A DNA stretch of 64,000 nt from Saccostrea echinata (Eukaryota), in assembly GCF_033153115.1 (NCBI RefSeq), contig NW_026889777.1, positions 3,782,001-3,846,000 of the forward strand. Reading direction: 5' to 3'. A program made the translations under genes and the position numbers. This document shows positions 1 to 11,534 of this stretch, piece after piece. The notes below the pieces were generated by a model that saw only the letters and a program-made list of their open reading frames with translations, had not been told where the DNA came from and ran no database searches. The first letter of the stretch is position 1; the number at the start of each line of letters is the position of its first letter.

Positions 1-1371
1 TTTTATCAAGAATTTGAACTTTCCTTCTGTAGCCAGTATCCCCCATGCACTCTGTGCAAAAGCAGAGATCCTTGTTCTTCATTGCTTTGTTTATTTGAAT
101 CATGTCTTAAAAAGGTTCAACTTCCCAGATCTTTCCAAAATTTTTCATTTCTCCAAGAGACCCAAGTCACTTCCAAAGTCTCTCCTTGGAAATATTTCTT
201 GCATCTATCCATCAATACACTATCAACATGATCAACTCACTACAAGGTTTACAGTGAACAAGAAGTTATCTGAAGCTACCCATTTCATATTCCACTGACT
301 TGCAGATCTAGGATGATTTCTATCATAATATTGAGTCGATGGAATGAAAGTACATGTATTACAAAATATAAAGACACATATAAAATATAAATTTAAAAAA
401 AAGTAAATAAAAACTAAAAGCACATGTTTATATACTTTGGATTTCATTTAAAGCATATAAATGTTAAAATGTTGAATCAGATATGCAAATTAAAAAAAAA
501 AAAAAAACTATTATATTATATGTATGGGCAGGGAGCAGCTAAAATACTACATATAATTCATAGAGAGAAAAATCAAACTTGAATCTGCACATTGATCTAA
601 AAAAATTTGTCTGAGTCCCCAAAAATTCTCAAACAGGCTAGTACAATGTACCATACCGGTAATTCATGTGAACATTGACAATAAAGGGCAAAAGTAACAT
701 GCAGGCCATGGCCATCAAAATTTGGTTGTTTGTAATAGGTGCTAGTTTTTTCGCGATGATCTATTTTTCAAATTTTTGCAATCATTTTTAATTCGCAAAA
801 AAATAAAACACAAAGAATTGTGTGCCATAAAAACATTACCATTTTTCATTTTTTTTTTTTAAATCGTAAAAAAAAACTTTCGCAAAAATAAAAACTGTGC
901 AAATCTGCCCTTTCTTTCACAAAATTTCAAACACACAGAAAAAAAAAACCCGGATATACAGTATGCAACTGATGGCAGGTGTCATTGATAGAGATCGAGG
1001 ATCAATCCTGGATTAGTCTGCAAAGATTTAAGTAAGAAAATAAAAGAAATACAATCTATTAGAAGTAAAATTTGTACAAAATAATCTCATTTGAATTCAT
1101 TAGCCACTTTATATCAAAAAGATTTTGAACCTTAGAAACCTCCATGTGTGAATGTATGTGCTTAAGAATGTGCAACACACTGGCCCACCCCAATCCCAAC
1201 AAGTTGTCTCCTAATTACAACATCTTTGGTATATTTATGTAATGAATTTATTTTAACATGCCAAATGAAAAGTTTGAAGTAATACTTTTTAGCAACATGT
1301 AGAATATCAATAAAAACATTTGTAATCTAGGAGAGTCAGGAGTCATAAATTCTTAAGTTTGGTATCTGTTA

Positions 1372-1562
1372 GTCAAGGTTAAATCCTTCTCTGAGCAATG
1401 TGGTGTATAAGGCCAGTGCTTATACCAGGTTTTTTTGTGGTGCTAAGTGGATGAGAGTAATTGACTCCCCCTAAAAGGGACACCAGTCCATCATAGGTTA
1501 CCCACTTGACCAGCATATTTAGACCGAACCCATCGCACAATATGTTTCAGCTGGGTGGACTG
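1372..1562 (-). mobile_element. Degenerate SINE central-domain fragment (Meta/V-type)
   Basis: Reverse strand reads GGGTAACCTATGATGGACTGGTGTCCC...GGGGGAGT, resembling conserved metazoan SINE cores (from memory). Confidence 0.4.
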
Positions 1563-2147
1563 ACCCAAATTGACTTTCTGAGGACCGGTAAAGTAAAGTT
1601 GTTCCTTAATTTTTTTGTCACTGTATTAAGTTAAAGCCTTTTTTAATAAAAGAATTCTCAATACAAAAATACTTATATATATATATATTATATATATAAT
1701 TTAATCATGGTAATTATGACATGAATGTCATTACTCGTTTATAATGACCAGATTTTTTACTTTCCAAATCTGGTCCCTGATCAGATTTTTACATGTTGAA
1801 GGTTGGCAAGTATGGAGTCAATACAGATAAATAATACATCATGTATACATAATATTATTAAAGAATTCATTTCAACATAACGAATTGTGCCTGTCGAGAA
1901 GTATAAATTGATTCCGTAAAGCTGAAGAATATCAATAAAGGTTCACAATTCATTAGTCGAGAATCAGGTTCAAGTAGATTTACTGCATGCATTACTAAGT
2001 GAATAGATCCTGTTCACATATAATTAAGTAAACTCTGACATGTCTCCAGCATCATAATTTTGACCTTAAACTCTACCTTGATTGATACTATTATACATAT
2101 TACCAGTTTAAATATATGGAAAAAAAAACAACTACCGGTAGCCATAA

Positions 2148-2572
2148 GTGTGGTACATTAGTCAGTAGAGCGCTTTTTCTGTGATTGGCAGGTAGTGGGT
2201 TCAAGCCCCGCACCTGGCCTCAAGACCATAAACTGAGAATAGACTTAAGTCAAAATTTTGATTTTTAATATCTTGAATTTTATTTTACGTATTTGCTTAA
2301 AAATTTGCAATTTTATATAACATTCAAATTCAAATATATGATGAAAATTTTGTTTCAATATCAAAATTATTTCAAAAGTTATATTGGTTTGAAATTTTGA
2401 CTTAAGTCTGTTCTCAGTTTATGGTCTTGGGGCCTGGTCATGATAAACTTAAATCAATAAAAACAGATAGTAACTGTTCCTTATCAAGGTGCTTGGGTAC
2501 TTTGATGTAAAAGTTGCGGTTCTTTTGGATGAGACCTTAAAATGATACAGATCCCTCACTGCTCATTGGCCT
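2148..2572 (+). mobile_element. Degenerate tRNA-derived SINE interrupted by a MITE
   Basis: A-box-like and B-box (GGTTCAAGCC) head; later TTTTGGATGAGACC and GATCCCTCACTGCTCA, shared with the other SINE copies. Confidence 0.55.
2217..2433. mobile_element. MITE, PIF/Harbinger-like
   Basis: ~42-bp TIR GCC(T/C)CAAGACCATAAACTGAGAA(T/C)AGACTTAAGTCAAAATTT; 3-bp TSD CTG. Confidence 0.75.
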
Positions 2573-2671
2573 AATCTCAAGGAAGTTCGGTCAAGATTTT
2601 TCCAAATTACTTTGTGGAACTGTGAAGGGGAGCCAGTCAGTGCCCCCCCCCCCCTCCCCGCCAACAAAACC

Positions 2672-3907
2672 GTCCCGGTCAAAGTGTCCCATGATTTTGG
2701 TCAAAAAAGATTTTGACCAAAATCATGGGGCGCTTTGACAGGTTGGGCACAGTTCCTTTTTCGGGGAAGTATTACTATAAAACAGGATTTTTCCTCTTTT
2801 CAGTAATAAAAACATTACTGTATATGGGAATTTTCACTCGTTTACCCTATATTCTCGTGTTTGCTTTGAATAAAAGATTAAGTGCAAGAATATTTTCACA
2901 TCCTCTAAATATTTATAGTCTATTAAGGGTATGTATGCTCAAAACTACAATATTTATCGCTGCAAAATGCTGAAAAAGAGTGATGAAATATTTCTACAAT
3001 ATAAATTTCTTACGGAAGCTTATCTGTGTTAAAATTGTGAGATTGAATACGTTCAGCACTTGATAACTCTACATGAAATTATTCGTTATTTAATTTAATT
3101 TTATATCATTTCTTTCAAAGACATTGTAAATATAATTTTTTACACCACTGCTTCTTTTACAGATGAAAATAATTATTTGAAATATCAAATTTTAAAACAT
3201 TAGTCTTTCAAAGATGGTTTTAGCATGAATGCCCTTATAAGATTCCATACTTTTCGTATCATTTATCAACAGGGAAAATTTAAGTAAAAGTCGTGGATTA
3301 CTGCTGCACATGAGTTTAAATTACTATGCATGTTCAAAAGATGTCACCTGAACGAAACCAAGCTATGAAATTTTCCATTTTTGAACAAATAATATAATTT
3401 ATAAGGGAAATATTCACATTCGTTTGAAGAATACTCATGATGCCGTACGATTAAATCTCATATTACTCCCATCTGCAGCACTAAAGGACCGAAATTTTTT
3501 GTCTGCGAGGTTGGTTTAATAAAGTTTAAACACATCACATCGTATTTTTCATGCACTCTTTATTTAATAAACGGATTTGGGGCATTATTTTAAAAATATG
3601 ACGAAATTCCCGTATACAGTAATGTTTTTTATTACTGGAAAGAGGAATAATCCTGTTTTATAGTGATACTTCCCCGAAAAAAAGAACTGTGCCCAACCTG
3701 TTTGACCAATATTTGGGGGTAGTTTTGTAACATCATTTTACTGTAAAATTGCTTTACGGGCGCTTTGACCAAAATCAGCTGGGGCGCATTGACCAATATT
3801 TGGAAGCGGTTTGTTAACATCATTTTTCTGTAAAATTTCTTTATGGGGCACTTTGACCAAAATCAGGGGACGCTTTGACCAAAATCAGGGGGCGCTTTGA
3901 CCGGGAC
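2672..3907. mobile_element. Non-autonomous TIR element with ~22-bp subterminal repeats (host of the 2739-3700 insertion)
   Basis: GTCCCGGTCAAAG...CTTTGACCGGGAC termini; repeated GGGGCGCTTTGACCAAAATCA. Confidence 0.65.
2739..3700. mobile_element. Non-autonomous DNA transposon, CAGG termini, 5-bp TSD (hAT5-like)
   Basis: ~95-bp TIR CAGGTTGGGCACAGTTC...; TSD TTTGA at 2734-2738 and 3701-3705. Confidence 0.85.
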
Positions 3908-4199
3908 ATCTCAAATAAATAATTTTGCAATAATATAATATTTATATAATATAATTTTACCAGTAAAGAGCAAACAAGCAATCAAATAACATATAAAACA
4001 TACTTAATAATTTATACCTGTCAAACCTTGTTGATACCTGTCAAACCTTGTTGACGATTTGTAAATTACTTCTGGAGAGCCTGTGTATTTTCGAAGTCAT
4101 AGCAGAGGAAATACTTTCTAGGAAATTATTTTGTATATGCATTTCATACGGTTAACATCTTTACATCAACATAAAGTGCAGTCAGTTCTCCTTGCTAGA

Positions 4200-4520
4200 C
4201 TGTCAGTGCTTGCAATGGTATACTTCCGTGAGTACTACGTCATCAATATTGTGTGTCTAACCCAGAATGCATTGCGGCATATTTTAGTAGATCTGTAGGA
4301 GAGCATCTAAAATTCTCCGTTAAAAAAATCAGAAAATATCTTAGTAAAATTAAACCATCACTTTACTGAAAGAAAGTTTTAAGTTAAAATTGAACATAAT
4401 AAAGCGATTCGTGGCGAAATTTTTAAGAAATTTCTCATAGTTAGCTACAATATCGCAAAAGATGTAAAGATACAAAATTGCTAACGACAAGATCTACGTC
4501 GCCATATTCGACGAAAAAAA
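4200..4520. promoter_or_regulatory. CDK12 promoter, probably bidirectional; ZNF143/Staf-like, ETS-like, CRE-half and YY1-like motifs
   Basis: ACCCAGAATGCATTGCG (~4260-4276); ACTTCCG (~4222); TACGTCA (~4236); CGCCATATT (~4500); locally CpG-retaining sequence between two CpG-poor regions. Confidence 0.5.
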
Positions 4521-4739
4521 ATCATCTGTCTTTCACACGCACAATACTATTTGGAAGTGGATGTTGTGTTTTAATGGATTTCTGTGATTTCTTATACAAG
4601 AATAAGAAGAGGTAAAGAAAATATCGTCCGATTTTGCTAAATAAGGAAGTGGCTTTGGATTCAAGTGGAGGTAACTCGAAAGTGCAACAATGGACTGCCG
4701 CGTGTAGAAAAATAATATATTGGAGTAGGTAGTGACAAA

Positions 4740-5353
4740 ATGCCCCGCAAGCCTCCACCAGCTGGGTCTGCATATTTCGGGGAGTACGATGCAAGATCTT
4801 ATCGACATGTGGGTGGAAACGATTACAGGTCAACCGAACGCGAGCCGTCCAGAGATTCGAGAGATGGAGGTAGGAAAAAGAAAGTAAAACAAAAGAAATC
4901 AAAACGAAAAGAACGTTCTAAGGAGAGAGATGTTGTGAATGACCAGACACGTGGGAAGCCAATTGTGGATTATGATGACATTAGTTCAGATTCTGAAATT
5001 AACGCTACGCCTCCTGCCCCCATGCAATCGTCTCGTTCAAGAGATCTCCATGAAATTTCACCTGCCACTGAACTACGAAGGTACAAATATGACAGGAGTC
5101 GAAGTAATTCTCCGATTGTTATCAGGGACAGTCCTCCACAATCTTATTCCTCCAGGAAAACGAAAAAGAGACCTTATTCTCCTGAACAGATGCATCGAGA
5201 ATCAGTGAAACATTATGCTGAGCCCCCTCGAGCATATGCACATCCTCCCAAAGCTTACAGAGATCATCGAGATATAAGCCCAGTGGGAAGTCCAAGGAAG
5301 CGATACAGGTCAAGGTCACCTAGTCCATACAGCAGGAAATCAAAAAATAACAG
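4740..5353 (+). CDS. CDK12: CDK12/13 exon 1 (N-terminal Arg/Ser-rich region)
   Basis: ATG at 4740; RS/SP-rich ORF (RSRSNSP, RSRSPSPY); ends AAC AG|gtagtc, phase 2, in frame with exon 2. Confidence 0.9.
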
Positions 5354-5780
5354 GTAGTCCAAATCATTACAATCTTGTGATGCAAACCACAGTGATCCAA
5401 ATACATGACTTGAGATTATGTTAGATTTTTTTGTAAATGTGACAATTTTGTAAATTGAAGATGGATTTAAAATTGAAATACAAGTTAAGAATACTTTATT
5501 TGGCAAAAATCTGCTTGTAAAGGAGATGAAAATTCTATAATATAAACATAATGATTATCAATTTCAAGAACTATCATCCATTGAGCAGAAGATGGAGTTG
5601 TCTGTCTTAGCAGAGGGTCATACGGCTTTAAAAACATTACTGATTTATATTTTTTCATTCATTTTATGTTCCAGGAAGTAACACGTGATATAAACTTGAG
5701 CAACCTTAAAATATTTGGCAGCATAAATCTTTCAGTTTGTTTAAATGTGAATTTGGAAACCTTTATTTTTATCATTTCAG

Positions 5781-6479
5781 TTCAAGATACCCTGAGAAGT
5801 ATGTTCGTCGATCTTCTCGAAGTAGATCTCCAAGTCCTCGTAATCGTTCACGGCGATCTAGTAGATCTCCATCCAGAGGGAAGTACTCCAACTCCAGTCG
5901 TCAAAGACGATCTTCATCCAGGAGTCCTTCTAGAAGCTCAAGTACAAAACTAACGCATTCCAAATATGCTACAAACACTCTTGCCGCAGAGCTTTCAAAA
6001 CACAGACGGGCCAGGGAGGCTAAGGAAGCAGCCCTCCTTGCCGCCAAAGGTCGCGATTCAAAAGAAACCCGACCCAGCAATAAAAATCATTCCTCTGACA
6101 AGGACAAATCTGATAGAAATTCTGTTACTTCCAGTAAAAATGATTATTTACCAAGGTCTCCTGGGTATTCCAATTCAAAAAGAAGCAGGGGTCCAGATGA
6201 AATTATGAAGTCGGAAATGAAACGAGAGGAAAGGGAAGTCAGGGAATTGAGTTCTAGAGATATGGAGCCAAGAAGAATGGAACCTAGAAGGGAAGAAATC
6301 AGGGAACCTCCAAATATCCCTTACCATCGAGATGATCTACGTAAAATGGAGGAACGGAGACCAGATTACAGAGAACAAAGACCTGAACTAGAGCTACCGC
6401 CCACCCATAGACCACCCCCAAATTTACCTCTCCCCCGCTTATCTCCTGTAGATAGTTTGGGGACTAACAGTCCATACAG
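5781..6479 (+). CDS. CDK12: CDK12/13 exon 2 (RS domain, TLAAELSK motif, proline-rich motif)
   Basis: tttcag|T TCA AGA acceptor; RSSRSRSPSPR; PPPNLPLP; TAC AG|gtagaa donor; 699 nt keeps phase 2. Confidence 0.92.
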
Positions 6480-6719
6480 GTAGAATTCTGTCAAGTTTGA
6501 TAGTCCTCACACCTTGACAGTTTTTTCCGTTATTTTATATTCAGTGACATGTAATCCTTTAAAGCCTTTGTACTTTCTACATTTTGTGCAAAAAATGATT
6601 TTATCAGAATTCATTTTGATGTAGGTGGTGCCTTTGTTAAAAAAATATAATTCAAGAAATTGAACTTCTTTGCAAGCGGATCAGGTGACAATTTTTAAAA
6701 TTTTTCTTTTTATTTATAG

Positions 6720-6866
6720 AAAACAGGAGCCTCACAGGAAGCGGATCACAGACCTGCCTATGCCGCCCATGATTGATGAACCAGAGCCAGAATACGAACC
6801 AGAGCCAGAACTGCCTCCTAAACGAGAGCAAGTTCACCAGTCCACCCCCAAAGTTAAAAAGCCAAA
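6720..6866 (+). CDS. CDK12: CDK12/13 exon 3 (ITDLPMPP...KKPK)
   Basis: tttatag|A AAA CAG acceptor; DLPMPP motif found upstream of the CDK12/13 kinase domain; CCA AA|gtaaga donor. Confidence 0.92.
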
Positions 6867-7727
6867 GTAAGAAGGCTAAAATAGACTAGAGAAAATGTTT
6901 GAAGCACATTTCAGTTGAGTACAACTGATGGTTGCAATTTGACCTGTAGTTTTGACCTTTAACTGACACAATGGATTGACCACATTTGACCTTCATCTTT
7001 AAAGTGTTCAGGCCAGTCTATATACGGTAATAATGACCAAATTCAATGGTGAGGACATTATAAGAAGTCTGCCTCTAATCTTTAATAACTAGAGTATAAA
7101 GTGCAAAATAAGCTACACTTTAAAAGCGAATAGGCTTATAAACAATTTTTTCCACAAGAAATTGGTTTCTAAACAATTTTCTTTATTAAAAAGCTCATAT
7201 TAATAGGCATCTATGATCTTTCACAAGAAGGTGTAATTTACAAAATACCTTTTTCCCTAAAATTAAAGAAATGAATTAAAAATTAAAATTCTAAATTTTA
7301 AAAGAAATGTGGATGTTCATGGACATCATAAAGAATTTGGGAACTTTATAAAAGAGTCTGCTACTTTAACTCGCATTAATTTACATAGATTTTACCCACA
7401 TCTCCTGCTTACATCTTATGATCTAGGAAATAGATTTACTTCAGGATAAACATTCCTTCCATTTTGACTTTATCATCTGGGCAACAGAATGAAAACATTG
7501 TCCAACATGCCCAATTAAAAATGACCCACAACAAGATTTCACAATGCCTGTACAACTACAAGTCTTGAAATGCACTAAAATTATGGTAAGAGAGGAGAGT
7601 GTAACTTGAATAAAACTTAAGTTACTGCGAATTAAATTTGAACTGCTTTCACACGGAGAATTTAATGTGAATTAATTTAAATTGAATTAATTTATTGCGC
7701 ATCAAATTACATCACATTAGCTCTGTG

Positions 7728-8581
7728 TAGTGCTGGGCTGATTATCGCCGATGATCAACTGTCAGTCGTTAGGAGCTCTTTGGTGCTACTAATTGATTAC
7801 AAAATAAATGTCGCCGACATCACTGACAAAAATAAAATCGTAATACTTTAATTTTATTACCAAATCCATATGAATAGAGTTTTAAAGTAGTGATGAATGT
7901 TTAAAATGTTGAACGTATCTATGCCATGTTGATATTTTTACCGCCATGATTGAATATAGGGTCAGACTAATAACAGAAAAACGGACAATATAAAGAGGTT
8001 TTAATATATACAGGAAAACATTAGTAGTCCAGACAATCTGTAAACGTAATTACAATCAATGATACAAGTCCAAATTCTGGATAACTACAATTTAAACTTG
8101 TAATTCCAAGAAATAAAAAAAATGTAATGCAAGATGGGACTAATATCAGCAGATTTTCAGTAACAGCTTATTCAGTATTTTTAATGAGAATTTTTTTGAA
8201 GTAAATTCTCATTCAATATACTTTTTTTAAGAAAGGTAAAGAAATCCTAAAACATATATATTTCAAAATATATTGATGAGAGGCAGATGAAAACAGGGGT
8301 AAGAATTTGCTCGAGGAATGGGCTGTATGTTTATTTTGACTTTACATGACTATTTCCGGTGCTATTTTCCACTTTATCAAAAGAAAAAAAATTAATAAAC
8401 ATTTATGAATATAATTTATTAAAGGATTTTTTTAGTGAAAATCTGAACTTAAATCTGAATAATTTTAATTTTTTTTATTAAATCATTTAAAGTTAAAAAT
8501 TCAATTATAAACAATTATTAATCGATTATGTGCAGCTTATTATTACTGATAATTGATTATGATACCGATTTTCCATCACTA
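7728..8581. mobile_element. Non-autonomous hAT element
   Basis: TAGTGCTGG...CCATCACTA termini; 8-bp TSD GCTCTGTG; inserted into an older Harbinger-like remnant (about 7625-8984, ending GTGTGAACAGGGC). Confidence 0.8.
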
Positions 8582-9168
8582 GCTCTGTGTGAACGCTTAG
8601 CAAAGCTAATTCGAATTTAATTCTGGCGCATGTGTAATGGCTTAATTAAGTCACATGCCACATGTCAATGGTCAGATACAGGTGTTTATGCTATTTTTGA
8701 GTGAAAAACAAAGAAAAAATATGTTGATCTCCAAAAATATGTACAGACACTATAACATTATGTCAAATGGATCTGCTCTGCATAAGGTGACGGTATCTGA
8801 TAGTGATGTCATAATTGCCCTACGGAGTAGCCTTTCTGTAGAAATAAAATTTTAATGTAAATTAGTTTACTTCAAATTAACTGTTGTGTGAACGCAATGT
8901 AATGCGCATTAGTGTAAATTGTATTTTACTTCGCACTATTGTACTGCGAATTCAATATGTAATGCGCATTTGTGTGAACAGGGCATAATTTTTCTCTAAT
9001 TAATTGGTCAAAGGTCACCAGATGATCATTTTGGTAATCTAGGTTCATCTCATTTTGTCTTAACACAAGTTAGGTAGGAAAGGATGAGGGAACAATTGCT
9101 ATATTTGTGAATTTTTTTCCTTGTTAATGAACAGATTTCAGTGTCCTTTTAAATCTTAACCTAGAGTA

Positions 9169-9294
9169 TGCTGTTTGTGAGGTGTTGAATTCAGTTTGGG
9201 TTTATGCACTTAAGTAGAACAGCTAGATAAAATGCCTTCTATCACGCCAGGGAGTTTTCTTTGAATTTTCTGGGTCTGGCATTGGGCTATACGT
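9169..9294 (+). ncRNA. Candidate box H/ACA snoRNA, copy 1 (CDK12 intron 3)
   Basis: Hairpin GCUGUU..AACAGC; H box AGAUAA 9225-9230; second hairpin with upper stem CCAGGGAGUUU/GAAUUUUCUGG; AUA box variant at 9289, 15 nt after the upper stem; paralogous to copy 2. Confidence 0.5.
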
Positions 9295-10269
9295 AAACAG
9301 TGGTAAAAAGTTCAAGACTTTTGGGAGATCAGAATGCTTAGTAGGTCCTGAACACAGGTACTTGTGGAAAGAGTCCCCCCTCTCCCTGATATACAACCAC
9401 AGGACTTGTACAGTCAGCTAGTTAAATTATATTAATCACACTTGTATATATATCATGTTTACCATATATGAAAAATATAGCGAAGACCCTTAAATAGCCA
9501 TTCCATACAAAAAATATACACGATAAGAGAGAAATCTGTATGTTTACATTGTACCCCCGCTGGTCTTTCTGGGTTGAACAGCATGTTTTTATTTCATTTC
9601 AACCTAAAATGCCAGATTTTATTACATAAGATTATCAAATAACAGAAGTCAAAAATGTTTGAAACTTGTTTCTAACACAGAGTTGTGAGTGGGGTTATGA
9701 CATTACCTTACACCAAGGTAATTTTGGCATGCTCAAGAACATCGGTAGAAAAAATGTATAATCTATGTCCATTTCATAACTTTCAGTATTTCCATTAATG
9801 CATAAATAGGCGTAAAATACACATAAAAATATATAAATACCCACTTCCAAAAAAATTTGGTGTCAAAATAACTAAAAAAAAAATTCAAGCTTTCAAAATT
9901 TTCTGACCAATTCAAAACAAAACCGGAAATCCAAAGAAAATTTGTCATGTTTGCATACTTCAGTTTGGCTTTATCAGTAAGACTGGAGATGTTTTCAAAA
10001 CTTTGGATCAATAACGCCCAAGTAGTCGACTAATAGTTTTGCAAAAGATTCAGCAATTTGCAGAAGTTGGCTTTGTAAAGATGTATCCTCCATTGACAGA
10101 ATCGGTAAAATGTGTCAATAAACAACAAACACATTTAATTTTTTAATATTATTTATAAACATAAAATTAAGATGCAAGCAAAACCAGAATTCATTTTAAC
10201 TGTCTAACATTCTCTTGACTCCCAAAATTTATTTCAAAGAGTAAAATAACCCTTGATTTTCAAAGTTGG

Positions 10270-10970
10270 CAGAAACACTGACAAGGTCATTTAGGAAAGA
10301 TCACTGGCAGAAAAACATTCATCACCTGTCCTGGCCATATCTTTTAAATTGAGCAACTTTGAAAGATGATGCTTATGACTCAAGGGTGTCTTGACCTTGA
10401 CCAAACATCTTTAAGGCAAGTTAAAGGTCAATGATAAGAAAAAGTATTTATTTTTGTCTGGTCCATAAGATTCTAATGGAGAGACATTGGTAGAACTTTC
10501 CTACTTCATGATAGATTACTTATGATTTGAGTATTTGGGCAAGTTGAAGATATCTGGCAGAGAAATGTTAATTTCCTAACTTAGCCATATCTTGTAATGG
10601 AAAAACATTGGAAGCTAGTATTTGACAGAAAGATTGCATACGACACAAGGGTGTTTTATGACCTCAGTCTGAGGCCATTTGGGCAAGTTGAAGGTCACTA
10701 GCAGAAAAAGTGTTTAATTTGTGTTAGATCCATTTATTTCTTCCTTGAGAAGCATTGGAAATTCATACTTGACACAAAGATTACTTATTTTGTGAGTGTG
10801 TTATGACCTTGACACGGTCATTTTTTGCAAGTTCAAGGTTTCTGACATTAAAAAATGTAAAATTAGTGTCTAGTCAATAAATTTATATAAGAGAAATGTG
10901 TGAACAATTGAAAAAAAAGAATGGGCAGTGGAGAGTATCATTTGTGAGCTCGTTAACAGTATCTAGAGTT
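10270..10970 (+). repeat. Degenerate ~145-bp tandem satellite (Helentron-associated type)
   Basis: Four to five recurrences of GACCTTGAC..GGGCAAGTT(G/C)AAGGTCACTGGCAGAAAAA..AAACATTGGAA. Confidence 0.55.
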
Positions 10971-11077
10971 CATTGTCAGAGTTTAGCCATGTTTGTCAGT
11001 CTTTCTTTTACCTTAATATGGGCAAGTTAAACCTAAGTACTATGGAATTGTGGGATTCTATACATCCAGTTGTTCTC

Positions 11078-11202
11078 TGCTGTTTTTTGAGGTGGTAAAG
11101 CTTCCATGTTTTATACACTCAAGCAAACAGCAATATAAATGCCTTCTTTCATCATGGATAATTTTATCTTGAATTTTCTAGATCTGGAAGTAGGCAACAA
11201 GT
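11078..11202 (+). ncRNA. Candidate box H/ACA snoRNA, copy 2 (CDK12 intron 3)
   Basis: Hairpin UGCUGUUU/AAACAGCA with upper stem UUGAG/CUCAA; H box AUAUAA 11133-11138; hairpin UGCCU..AGGCA directly followed by ACA 11197-11199; 125 nt. Confidence 0.55.
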
Positions 11203-11534
11203 GTATGTAATTTGAGATGTAAATAAAATTACTCTCAATTTTTGAGTACAGTAGGTCAGGAGTGTATGAACATAAATAGGCATCTTTTCCCCTTAAGTTC
11301 TAACATCATGAAATATGCCTTTGTGAAAAGTTCATAATTGTACCCTCGTATACCTCAAAGACCTTTCTTAAATGATGTCAGACTGAGGTTTATATGTATT
11401 AATATGAAAACATAATATTCTTGAAAACATATTGAGCAATTGTAAATGATTGAAACAAATGACATGGATTGAAGAAAGAATTGGAGAATGGGGTCTTGAG
11501 GTTTTGTAAATTGCCCTGACGTAACTTAGTGCTG

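Noticed and set aside
14-447. ORFs 14-298 (+) and 232-447 (-) as proteins
   Set aside because: No recognisable homology or motif; more likely UTR or partial exon of a minus-strand neighbour
9310-9415. Third H/ACA-like double hairpin downstream of snoRNA copy 1
   Set aside because: No canonical ANANNA hinge and only patchy similarity to the region after copy 2
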